Positions 29,999-38,224 of a stretch of 64,000 nt of DNA are shown here, one piece after another; the first letter of the stretch is position 1; each line of letters starts with the position of its first letter. The position numbers were made by a program, and so were the translations under genes. This stretch comes from an uncultured Acidobacteriota bacterium (GTDB lineage: Bacteria; Acidobacteriota; Vicinamibacteria; Vicinamibacterales; 2-12-FULL-66-21). The notes beneath the pieces are model-generated. The model was not told where the DNA came from and ran no database searches. It saw only the letters and a program-made list of their open reading frames with translations. The stretch lies in assembly GCA_963817635.1 (NCBI GenBank), contig CAWFPR010000020.1:54866-118865 (forward strand). Direction: 5' to 3'.

Positions 29999-30453
29999 GA
30001 CAAAGCCAGTGTAGCGCAGGTGAGGTGGTCGGGCGAGACGGGAGGCGGCGTGTCGTTGTCGTCGCCCTTGGTCACATCCGGGGCCTGTTTTTATCCGTCC
30101 GCACTCAGGTGGGGGCGTCGTCAGCCCTGTCCGCGCGCACGTTGCGGCACGATGACCATCGACGACCTCGGTGACACCTCGCATCCGCGCACGGCGGCGG
30201 GAGCTTGCGCCACAATCATCCGACGTCGCCGCAGCCGAGCGAAGCCGGAGGACGCCTGTGCCGCCGTTCAGCAACTGCCATGGTGGTATGACAACCCACT
30301 CGGTTGCCCGCAGATACGCGCTGTTCCTGGACTCCGCGCCGCGAGCATCCGGCTGCTGTTTCGCGTGTGCGAAACGTCCGCATGAAAAGGGCTCGAAAAA
30401 GGGCAACGTGAAGGGACGGCGAAAGACTCGTCGTCTGTAGGCTGTTGAAAAGA

Positions 30454-30498
30454 TGGCTCCTCGGGCTGGACTCGAACCAGCAACCCTCCGGTTAACAG
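30454..30498 (-). repeat. att-like copy C of the tRNA-Asn 3' half (45/45)
   Basis: Identical to 35363-35407. As with copy B, it is followed by GCGGAACA(A/G)GAAGCGGTAGCCGCCCG. Confidence 0.9.
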
Positions 30499-30637
30499 GC
30501 GGAACAGGAAGCGGTAGCCGCCCGGTGCCGGTGGTTGCCGTGGCTTGCCGGAACGCGGGTTTCCCTCTGTAACGGCAGGCGATTTTTCGCTTTCGCTTTG
30601 TGTCGCACGTTGCCGCTGTTTGCGGCTCTTTGTGGCA

Positions 30638-30979
30638 TCAAAAGGGCAAGAAAAGGGCAACGTCATCGCGGTGAGCCGCTCTAACGCGGTCGCGGGTGTC
30701 ATAGCTCACCGTGTGCGCGCCCGCACCTGCCTTTTCGCTTGTGCGAAACCACTGGTAGAGCGATCGCTGTGCCCCGCCGGCCGTCGTGCGAAAATCATGG
30801 TGGCACCGTGAACAGCGGGTGGGAAGTGCGTTCCCTCCTCCGTAGGTCCATTTCATACCGGCGAAGGTTGCCGTGTTCACGAAGACCAACTTCTGGCAAC
30901 GCGGGCAGCGAAGTCGCGTCAACAAGACAGCACACGCGAGAACGACAGACAATCCCAGCCACAGTAGCCGTTCGTCCAC
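30638..30979 (-). CDS. small TM + zinc-ribbon protein (hypothetical)
   Basis: A GTG start gives VDERLLWLGLSVVLACAVLLTRLRCPRCQKL...RCSRCHHDF (one TM helix, two CxxC pairs). The longer ORF-track version begins inside a duplicated FG-GAP fragment. Confidence 0.35.
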   Translation of the reverse strand: MDERLLWLGLSVVLACAVLLTRLRCPRCQKLVFVNTATFAGMKWTYGGGNALPTRCSRCHHDFRTTAGGAQRSLYQWFRTSEKAGAGAHTVSYDTRDRVRAAHRDDVALFLPF

Positions 30980-31010
30980 TTCGAAGGCCAACGCCAGTCC
31001 CCCGAAGGTC

Positions 31011-31230
31011 CGGCCGTCGCCGTCGTAGTCGCCGGGCGTCGGCACGTGCGTCCCGCCCGCGAAGCCGAAGTCGATCGCATACTGCGTGGCGCCGCTACTT
31101 GACAGGATCCAGCAGCCGGCATTGAAAATTCGTGAAGGCCGCGGGGTCGGCCGTTTCGTCGCCGTCGTAGCACGTCCAGCTCCACTCGCGCACGGAGGTC
31201 GCGCCGGTCGCGCTCAGCCGGAGGTACCCG
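31011..31230 (-). pseudogene. degenerate duplicated fragment of the FG-GAP/VCBS gene
   Basis: The first 46 nt are identical to 34239-34284, followed by recognisable but decayed similarity to 34285-34481. The fragment contains in-frame stops. Confidence 0.55.
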
Positions 31231-31315
31231 TAATAAGAGGCGGAAAGTCTGACGACCGCACCAGGCTCCTGAAGCGCAAGTCAAGCGCGGGAACCACCCG
31301 AGCGGTGCCGCCGAG

Positions 31316-31924
31316 TCACGAACCCCGTTTCTTTCTTCCTAGCAAAAGACGTATCTCGCGGGACAACTGCTTGTCAGTCCGCATGTCCTCAAGCACCTCT
31401 CGGGCCATGGGCTCCTTCGAGCGGGCGAGCGCCGACAGGAGCGCCAACCGGTTCTCGCCGACTGCAGGGTCCCGAACCAACCGGATCACCTGATCGAGGA
31501 CGTCGTCGGTCGCCGCGCCGCTCAGGGCACACGCGAGCGCCCACTTGATGTTCAAGCGTCCCCCATCCGGCTCTCGACGGAAGTAGGCGAGCAACACGTC
31601 CCAGGCCCATGACGCCTCGGGAACGGCCAGTGCGCGAGCGATGCCCTCGCGGACCTCCGGTGGATAGTCCCGCTCAAAATGCTCGAGTAGCACCGGCACC
31701 GCCGCAGGATACCGTGCCTTGGTGTTCACGAGATCCCAGACGGATTTCACGAGCACGCCAACGGCGCCCAGCGCCTCGATCAAGGGCGCTTCGGCGATCC
31801 GCAACCGTTCCCATAGGGCGCGACGGGACGCCTCCCGCGCGGCGACCGTTGCCTGGTGTGCAGGATCCGCCGCGAGTCGATCCATAAATTCCTGAGTGCG
31901 CTGTAGAGATTTCGACTTGGTCAT
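31316..31924 (-). CDS. putative immunity protein (all-alpha, HEAT-like)
   Basis: The ATG at 31924 overlaps the toxin TGA as ATGA. The 202-aa helical-repeat-like sequence (AVPVLLEHFERDYPPEVREGIARALA...) fits its position immediately after a polymorphic-toxin gene. Confidence 0.55.
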   Translation of the reverse strand: MTKSKSLQRTQEFMDRLAADPAHQATVAAREASRRALWERLRIAEAPLIEALGAVGVLVKSVWDLVNTKARYPAAVPVLLEHFERDYPPEVREGIARALAVPEASWAWDVLLAYFRREPDGGRLNIKWALACALSGAATDDVLDQVIRLVRDPAVGENRLALLSALARSKEPMAREVLEDMRTDKQLSREIRLLLGRKKRGS

Positions 31925-33042
31925 GGTACCCAAGGAAAGAGGCGAATGTTGATAAGATGTGCGTCAATCGCCGACTGCAACGGTCCGGATAGAGACGTGG
32001 CGATCTTCCCGGTCGCCGGATTCATTCTCACCCAGAGGTCAACCGAAGTCCCAGTCTGTTTCGCGTACTGCACTAGGTCCCGCAATTGAAGCGTGTATGC
32101 CTGATACGCGACGTTCTTGACTTCGGTGATCAGCCCCGGCAACATCCCATCGGGGATTCTGAATCGACCGCTAACCAGAATCTTGACCTTGTCACCGATA
32201 TTCGCAAGTCCCCCTACTATGCGCTCGCCGGCCGCACCGACCGCTCCTGGCGACATCGGTACCATCCCGAGCTTGAGGCAACCGTTTTCGACCGTGCAAT
32301 CGACATTTTTGCCGTCGATTTTTACGAGGACCTTGCCTTCATTCGCCTTTGACAACGCGCCGTTCTCAAAATGAGAGACGACCGACTGGAAGAAAGCGCT
32401 GTCCGTCTGTTCAAGGTACTGCTGAAGGCCTTCCCAGATGTTCGAGGGCATTCCCTCGGCGTAGCCCTGCTGCTTGGCCTGCGCACGCGCGTTGCCGAAG
32501 TCGAACCCATAGCCGCCCTCCGCGGGCGCCCAGAAAACCCGCGCCCCACCGCAGTCGAGGAAGCTGAACTCGGCGTTGCAACCAAACGACGGGCCCTCCG
32601 CCAGAAGCCCCGAGGAATCGGAGATTGATACAGGCGAGTTCAGCGCATAGGCATACCGATTCCACCGCTGCGGCTCGAAGATTCCGGCATAGACGGGATC
32701 GCTGGTGCTGAAGCGTCCCGTGCGCACCTGATACGACCGCGCGCCGGCCGCATCGAGCCCCGCCTCGCCGTCCCGAAAGAGCCCCGCGAAGCGCCGGTCC
32801 GGCAGCCCCGTCGCGCCGGACAGCTCCTCCCCGAACGGCCCGTAGTCCATCCGCCCGAGGATGGTGCCGTTCGCGTCGAACACCACGCGCACCGACCCGA
32901 GCGCGTCGAGCGCATAGTCCTCCACCTGCTCGCTCTGCGCAGAGGCGGGCGGCGCGCTGCCGAGGATCGCCGCCCCGATCGCGCACGCGCGCACCAGCCC
33001 GCGCCACCAGCCCCGCGTCGTCCGCCGCGCCCGCGCCCTCAT
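31921..33042 (-). CDS. short secreted RHS-core protein with a C-terminal PD-(D/E)xK nuclease-like toxin domain
   Basis: Signal peptide MRARARRTTRGWWRGLVRACAIGAAILGSAPPASAQ. YD/RHS core end: YGPFGE...ARSYQVRTGRFSTSDPV...NRYAYALNSPVSISDSSGL. The tail contains RIPDG...ITEVKNV...TLQLRD. Confidence 0.8.
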   Translation of the reverse strand: MRARARRTTRGWWRGLVRACAIGAAILGSAPPASAQSEQVEDYALDALGSVRVVFDANGTILGRMDYGPFGEELSGATGLPDRRFAGLFRDGEAGLDAAGARSYQVRTGRFSTSDPVYAGIFEPQRWNRYAYALNSPVSISDSSGLLAEGPSFGCNAEFSFLDCGGARVFWAPAEGGYGFDFGNARAQAKQQGYAEGMPSNIWEGLQQYLEQTDSAFFQSVVSHFENGALSKANEGKVLVKIDGKNVDCTVENGCLKLGMVPMSPGAVGAAGERIVGGLANIGDKVKILVSGRFRIPDGMLPGLITEVKNVAYQAYTLQLRDLVQYAKQTGTSVDLWVRMNPATGKIATSLSGPLQSAIDAHLINIRLFPWVP

Positions 33043-33716
33043 CGCGCCACCACCGTGACGGCGCCCTCGAGCGTGAAGCCCGACACCTGCACGGCGCTGC
33101 CCGCCGCCGCGTGCACGCCCGCGTACCCGTCCAGCTCGCCAGGGGCAATGGGCACGACCGCGACAGCCCGCCCGTTGACGAGGCACGTCGCCGTGGTGGC
33201 GCGCACCCGCACCTCGAGCCGATCGAGCGGGGCGGGGGCGGACTCCGGGTCGAGCGCCCCGCGCCGGCGCGGCGGTCTGGCGGTCGCGAGCGGCGCCCAC
33301 CGCTGCGCACTCACGCGCCGCTGGATGGCGATCGTCCCGTCGGGACGGATCAGCAGCGCGAGCGCCAGGGGCTGCGCCTCGGTGCCGCCGACGATCAGTC
33401 CGTACGCCGCCGTCGGACTGGCCTCCGGCAGGACCTCGAAGAGCGCCGACACCGCAAAGGTCCCCGCCACCGTCCACTGCGGCCGGACGAGCGTCAGGTC
33501 GGTGGCCGGCGTCAGGCGCGTCGCCGGGCCGTGCGCCTCGAGCGCCACCGCCAGCGGCACGGCGACACCCGCACTCGCCAGCGCCCACTCGGAGGCGGGC
33601 CCGATCGGGTCGGCCGCCCCTGCGAACGACTGCCGAATCCCCGCGTGCTGCGCGGCGAGCGGCACGCTCAGCGCCAGCACGCCCACGCTCCACAGGACGC
33701 CACGTGTCGTCACCAC
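33039..33716 (-). CDS. secreted hypothetical protein (beta-sandwich-like)
   Basis: GTG start after GGAGG, signal peptide VVTTRGVLWSVGVLALSVPLAAQ. ATGA overlap with the toxin gene. No domain is firmly recognised. Confidence 0.55.
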   Translation of the reverse strand: MVTTRGVLWSVGVLALSVPLAAQHAGIRQSFAGAADPIGPASEWALASAGVAVPLAVALEAHGPATRLTPATDLTLVRPQWTVAGTFAVSALFEVLPEASPTAAYGLIVGGTEAQPLALALLIRPDGTIAIQRRVSAQRWAPLATARPPRRRGALDPESAPAPLDRLEVRVRATTATCLVNGRAVAVVPIAPGELDGYAGVHAAAGSAVQVSGFTLEGAVTVVAR

Positions 33717-34555
33717 CGCCCACCTCCTTCCAGCCGAGACCGCTCGCTGGCGGGGGGCGCCGGATGGCGCCACCCCTCGCGGACGTCGCAGGCGAGTGGC
33801 GTCGGCGGACTGCCGGTGGCGACGAGCGCCGCCGGCGCGCTGCACGCCATCCCGGGCGGCCGCCAGCCGCCGTCGGGACAGCACGTCCCACCCCCGAGCG
33901 CGGCAAACGGATCGCTGCCGGCGCACACCGGCGGGGGCGGCGGGGGTGGGGGCGGCGGCACGGGGGGCGGGCCGAACGGGGCGAGCACCGGCACCGCCCC
34001 CGACACTGCGGCAGACCCCAACGAGACGAACGCGACGGTGCCGGTGCTGCTCGGCAGGACAGAGACGCCGCCGGCGCCGGCAGCGTAGTAGGCCGGATCC
34101 GTCCGGCCATCGCCATCGTAGTCGGCCGGCACGGGGATCCCGCCCGACGCGCCGAAGCTCAGACGATACGACACCCCCGTCGAACTGGGGCGCACATACC
34201 AGCCCCCGTCGGCCGGATAGAAGAAGGCCGGATTGGTGCGGCCGTCGCCGTCGTAGTCGCCGGGCGTCGGCACGTGCGTCCCGCCGGGGAACCCGAAGTC
34301 GATCGCATACTGCGTGGCGCCGCTACTGGGCAGGATCCACCAGCCGGCATTGAACGCCGTGAAGTACGCGGGGTCAGCCGTGCCGTCGCCGTCGTAGTCG
34401 CCCGGCACCGGGATGCTCGTCGTCCAGGTCCAGCCCCACTCGCGCACGGAGGTCGCGCCGGTGGCGCTCAGCCGGATGTACCAGTAGTACGAATTCGCGC
34501 CGCGGCGGAACACCGCCAGGTCCGCGCGTCCATCACCGTCGTAGTCGGCGGGCAC
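33710..34555 (-). CDS. FG-GAP/VCBS-repeat protein, apparently 5'-truncated
   Basis: Four P.DYDGDG(R/T)(A/T)D units followed by a poly-Pro linker. The frame is open upstream to a stop near 34640 with no start codon or signal peptide. The ORF-track start is a GTG. Confidence 0.7.
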   Translation of the reverse strand: MPADYDGDGRADLAVFRRGANSYYWYIRLSATGATSVREWGWTWTTSIPVPGDYDGDGTADPAYFTAFNAGWWILPSSGATQYAIDFGFPGGTHVPTPGDYDGDGRTNPAFFYPADGGWYVRPSSTGVSYRLSFGASGGIPVPADYDGDGRTDPAYYAAGAGGVSVLPSSTGTVAFVSLGSAAVSGAVPVLAPFGPPPVPPPPPPPPPPVCAGSDPFAALGGGTCCPDGGWRPPGMACSAPAALVATGSPPTPLACDVREGWRHPAPPASERSRLEGGGRW

Positions 34556-34766
34556 GGGCTGATCGATGGGGTCGCCGCCCCACGCGTCCCCCGAGGCCGG
34601 CGCCTGGCACGACGGCGCGATCGTCCAGCCGCCCGCCGGTCAGTCGCTCCGCGAGGTGCGCGTGCACAACCCCGTCGGCGGGAACGCACGATCTCGCGCA
34701 GAGCCCGACGCGGAGGTCTGGGCACACAGAGCGTGCGGGTTCGCGTGATCGACGAGCACCGCGCCG

Positions 34767-35054
34767 TCAGCCCCGCGTGCCCAGCGGCGAATCGATCGGC
34801 CCGAAATGGCGCGTCGTGAACGCGCGGCCCGACCCAGACTTCAGGTACCGCTCGAAGCGCACGGCGTGTGCCTCGCTCGGGAACTCCAGCGACACCACAA
34901 GGGACCACGGCCGGTGGCGCGTCGTATGACCCGACGGCCCGTCGTTGTGCCACTCGAGGCGTCCGCGGAGATCGCTGGTGAGCCCGACGTAGTGACGCGA
35001 CGGATCGGCGTCGCTGCGCAGGATGTAGACGATTCGTTTCTCGATGCCGTGCAT
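34767..35054 (-). CDS. GIY-YIG nuclease family protein
   Basis: IVYILRSDADPSRHYVGLTSDLRGRLEWHN...AVRFERYLKSGSGRAF matches the small UPF0213-type GIY-YIG proteins. Confidence 0.85.
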   Translation of the reverse strand: MHGIEKRIVYILRSDADPSRHYVGLTSDLRGRLEWHNDGPSGHTTRHRPWSLVVSLEFPSEAHAVRFERYLKSGSGRAFTTRHFGPIDSPLGTRG

Positions 35055-35362
35055 GCCTCGGGGGACGCAGGGATCGCGCCAGCACCAGCATCGGGCGTTT
35101 CCTTCGACGATCGTTCGGATTGTGGCGATTCTTGCGACGGACCTTGGCGTTCGACCTGGCAGGTAACGCGAACCGGCGAATCCGCCTTGGCGGGCTGGCG
35201 ACTCGATGTGCAGGCAGGGCTCCGGCGAGACAGTCTTCGCACCTCCCCGACCGAGCCTGCCTGGCCGAAGCTCACAGAATCGATGGCAGTGGGGATGCGG
35301 TCCGCCTTCGCCCCGTCGGGGCTACGGCGAGACATCCTTCGCACGTGATCATGAGCGAAGGC

Positions 35363-35437
35363 TGGCTCCTCGGGCTGGACTCGAACCAGCAACCCTCCGG
35401 TTAACAGCCGGATGCTCTGCCATTGAGCTACCGAGGA
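35363..35437 (-). tRNA. tRNA-Asn (anticodon GTT), CCA encoded
   Basis: The reverse complement TCCTCGGTAGCTCAATGGCAGAGCATCCGGCTGTTAACCGGAGGGTTGCTGGTTCGAGTCCAGCCCGAGGAGCCA folds as a cloverleaf. Acceptor stem TCCTCGG/CCGAGGA, D stem GCTC/GAGC, anticodon stem TCCGG/CCGGA with loop CTGTTAA, T stem GCTGG/CCAGC. Confidence 0.95.
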
Positions 35438-35503
35438 ACGGGGTGGGACTGAACGTTTGATCTTACCCTCCGGAGGCCCGATCGCGCAATACGCGGCGGC
35501 GGA

Positions 35504-35923
35504 TTACGCGTTCGGCCTCCGGCGGCTCGGATACTCGACGATCTGGTCCCACTCCATCGCACTGGACCGGGCGACGACGGCGATGACGGGGTCCGTCTGG
35601 CTCAGGTTCAGCACTTCGTGCGGCACGCCGGGTTCGATGAAAATGAAGTCGCCGGCTTCGTGCTCCACGCTGTGCGTCAGGTCCGGGCCGTACTCGTGCC
35701 GCACGCGCCCCTCGAGGATGTACAGCATCACCTCGAAGTCCACGTGAATGTGCGCGAACGCCACGGCGCCCGGCGGCACCACGGCCACGTTCATCGAGAG
35801 CTCTTTCGAGCCGCAGTTCCGGCCCGACAGGCCCAGCTTGTACCGGATCCCGTTCCACTCGCGTGAGAGCCCCGCGCCGCGCACCCACGCGAGCCCTTCG
35901 TGGCGTTCCGCCCGATCGGTCAT
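35504..35923 (-). CDS. cupin domain protein
   Basis: PPGAVAFAHIHVDFEVMLYILEGRVRHEYG...EAGDFIFIEPGVPHEV contains both cupin motifs. Confidence 0.8.
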   Translation of the reverse strand: MTDRAERHEGLAWVRGAGLSREWNGIRYKLGLSGRNCGSKELSMNVAVVPPGAVAFAHIHVDFEVMLYILEGRVRHEYGPDLTHSVEHEAGDFIFIEPGVPHEVLNLSQTDPVIAVVARSSAMEWDQIVEYPSRRRPNA

Positions 35924-35938
35924 ACCGCGATCCCGGCG

Positions 35939-36379
35939 CTAGCGCGCCTCGGCTTCGACCTCGATCGCCAGCGTGCCGCGAAGCGCGTTCGAGATGGGGC
36001 ACTTCCCTTCCGCTTCGCGCGCGACCTCCGGGAACTGCGACTTCTCGATGCCCTGGAGGCCCTCGGCGACAACCTTCAGCTTCGACGTCGTCAGCTTGAT
36101 CCCCGCCTCGGTCTTGTCCGCGATGACCGTCGCGCTCACGATCGTGCGCGCCGCGCTCCCGCCCTTGCGGCCAATCGTCGCGTTCAGCGCCATCGCATAA
36201 CACGCCGCATGCGACGCCGCCATCAGCTCTTCGGGACTCGTATGCCCGTCAGGCTCGCCGATGCGCGCGGGAAACGTCACCGGCAGCGAAAACGCCCCCG
36301 TCCCCGCCTTCGCCGTCCCCTTCCCCTCCATGACCGAGCCCGCCCAGTCAACCGTTACCGTACGAGAAAACGTCGCCAT
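35939..36379 (-). CDS. osmC: OsmC family peroxiredoxin
   Basis: MATFSRTVTVDWAGSVMEGKGT...TSPEELMAASHAACYAMAL...EGKCPISNAL carries both conserved Cys motifs of OsmC. Confidence 0.9.
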   Translation of the reverse strand: MATFSRTVTVDWAGSVMEGKGTAKAGTGAFSLPVTFPARIGEPDGHTSPEELMAASHAACYAMALNATIGRKGGSAARTIVSATVIADKTEAGIKLTTSKLKVVAEGLQGIEKSQFPEVAREAEGKCPISNALRGTLAIEVEAEAR

Positions 36380-36387
36380 CAGCACTC

Positions 36388-36502
36388 CAATCTGCAATCG
36401 CAATCGCAATCGCAATCTGCAATCTGCAATCTGCAATCTGCAATCTGCAATCGCCACTCGGCAATCCGTCAATCTGCACTCTGCAATCTTCAGTCTGCAA
36501 TC
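36388..36502. repeat. 6/7-nt tandem micro-array (AATCGC x3, AATCTGC x5 plus degenerate units)
   Basis: Read directly: caatctgcaatcgcaatcgcaatcgcaatctgcaatctgcaatctgcaatctgcaatcgcc... It fills the spacer between the upstream gene's stop and the osmC start. Confidence 0.9.
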
Positions 36503-37133
36503 ATTTCCTGCCCTTGGCCGTCACCGTGAGCTGCACAATCACGCCCACCATGCCGAGCACGAGCCACGCCACCGCGTCCCACTTCGTCGCCGGAAGAGGG
36601 TCGAGGGGATAAACGCGGTACACCGCGTGCGGTGCCGCAGCCCCGGCGATCCGGCTGCCCATCAGCGCGGCCGCACCGACAATGACCGTCTGCGCGCCGC
36701 CGAACGCCGTGGCCGCGATGATGACGTAGCGCTGCACCATCAGAGCGCCGAGCGCGCCCAGGATCGACAGCACGATCACCGCAATCAGTCCCGGTTCGTG
36801 CCCGAACGCCGCCCACCCCACGTTGGCAACGAGCGCACCGATCCCGGCACCAATCAGGGCCACGCCGACGAAGTAGGCCGCCACCATCAGGAGCGCGCCG
36901 ACCACCCCTCCCGCAACCGCCGCGCCGATCACCCACAACGTGTGGTCCGTCCCCATCGCGGAACTCGCCAGCAGCGCGCCCAGGATGAATCCGTAAATCC
37001 CGAGGACGACGCGGAACACCCGGTAGCCGGCAAAGCAGGCCAGAAGTCCACCGACCACGAGCACGATGGCGGCCGGCACCTGGAAAGAGGCAGGGAGCAT
37101 AGCCTGCCGATTATATGATGGCTGCGTGTTCAT
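36501..37133 (-). CDS. multi-pass membrane protein (DUF4203/TMEM198-like)
   Basis: About 6 Gly/Ala-rich TM helices (IVLVVGGLLACFAGY, VVLGIYGFILGALLA, WVIGAAVAGGVVGALLMVAAYFVGV...). Starts at MNTQ (37133) or MLPA (37100). Confidence 0.6.
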   Translation of the reverse strand: MNTQPSYNRQAMLPASFQVPAAIVLVVGGLLACFAGYRVFRVVLGIYGFILGALLASSAMGTDHTLWVIGAAVAGGVVGALLMVAAYFVGVALIGAGIGALVANVGWAAFGHEPGLIAVIVLSILGALGALMVQRYVIIAATAFGGAQTVIVGAAALMGSRIAGAAAPHAVYRVYPLDPLPATKWDAVAWLVLGMVGVIVQLTVTAKGRK

Positions 37134-37190
37134 CGACGCCCTCGACTGGCGCCGCCGGCTCGCCAAGACAAGCCTGAGGAGCCGCGCGGC

Positions 37191-38224
37191 GTGACCGGAC
37201 CCGGCCAGCCGCGGCGCCGGTTCACCGCCGTCGGACTGCTGACCGCGGGCGCGGGTCTCGCGCTCTTCGTCTGGCTGGTCTGGCGTGTCGGACCGGCCGA
37301 AATCTGGACCGGGTTCCGGCAGGTGGGCTGGGGGTTCGGGTGGATCCTGCTGCTCGGCGGCCTCCGCTTCGCGGCCCGCGCCTTCGCCTGGACGCTGTCG
37401 TTCGATCCGCCCCACCGCCTTCGCTGGTCAGACGCCTTCGTCGCCGTCGTGTCAGCGGCGACGCGCTCGGCAACCTGACGCCGCTCGGCCCGATCGTCGG
37501 GGAGCCGGCGAAGATCGCCTGCGTGCGCAGGCACGTGCCCGTCGCGCCCGCGGTGACGGCCCTCGCCATCGAAAACGTGATCTACACGCTCTCGGTGGCC
37601 GCGATTCTCGCCGCAGGGACGATCGCGCTGCTCTTCAGCGTCCGCCTCGAGGCGCCCGTGCGGGAGGTCAGCGAAGTGACGCTGGCGGCGATCGTGGCGA
37701 TGTTCGGCGTCGCCGGATGGCTGCTGTGGACGCGTCCCGCGCTCATCAGCCGCGCACTGCCGGGACGGCTTCGCCGATCGCCAAAGCTGACGGCGCGGCT
37801 CGACAAGCTGCACACGCTCGAGCAGCAAATCTATACGTTCGCGTCGCGCCGCCGTGCGGTCGTGCTGCCGATCATCGCGGCCGAGCTGGCGTTCCATGCC
37901 CTGGGCGTGGTCGAGGCACACATCACGCTGTGGATGATCCTCGGCGCACCGCCTCCCCTGCTCACCTCGTTCATCCTCGAATCGACCAACCGGCTCATTC
38001 AGGTCGTCTTCAAGTTCATCCCGCTGCAGATCGGCGTCGGAGAGGCCGCGTCCGGCTTCTTCACGACGATTCTTGGCCTTGGCGCCACGCCCGGCGTGAC
38101 GCTGTCGCTCGTCCGCAAGGCGCGGATGGGCGCGTGGTCGCTCATCGGCATGGCCTTCCTCGTCTACCAGGGCCTGAGCGCCCGGACCATCCTCGAACAG
38201 GCCGACGTCAGCGCCGGGAAGTGA
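37191..38224 (+). CDS. flippase-like (LPG-synthase TM domain family) membrane protein, interrupted by one frameshift near 37450
   Basis: The N-terminal 87 aa are in one frame (...LRWSDAFVAVV) and the rest is in +1 (SGDALGNLTPLGPIVGEPAKI...). The junction rebuilds the family motif G(D/E)A.N..TP...GEP.K. Confidence 0.7.

Larger units (their letters stand above)
26294..35437 (-). mobile_element. composite, apparently decayed integrative island array at tRNA-Asn (three segments)
   Basis: Bounded by the intact tRNA-Asn gene and by three direct copies of its 3' 45 nt. The cargo consists of TA modules, a DDE transposase and a polymorphic-toxin cassette. No tyrosine or serine recombinase was recognised. 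Confidence 0.75.
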
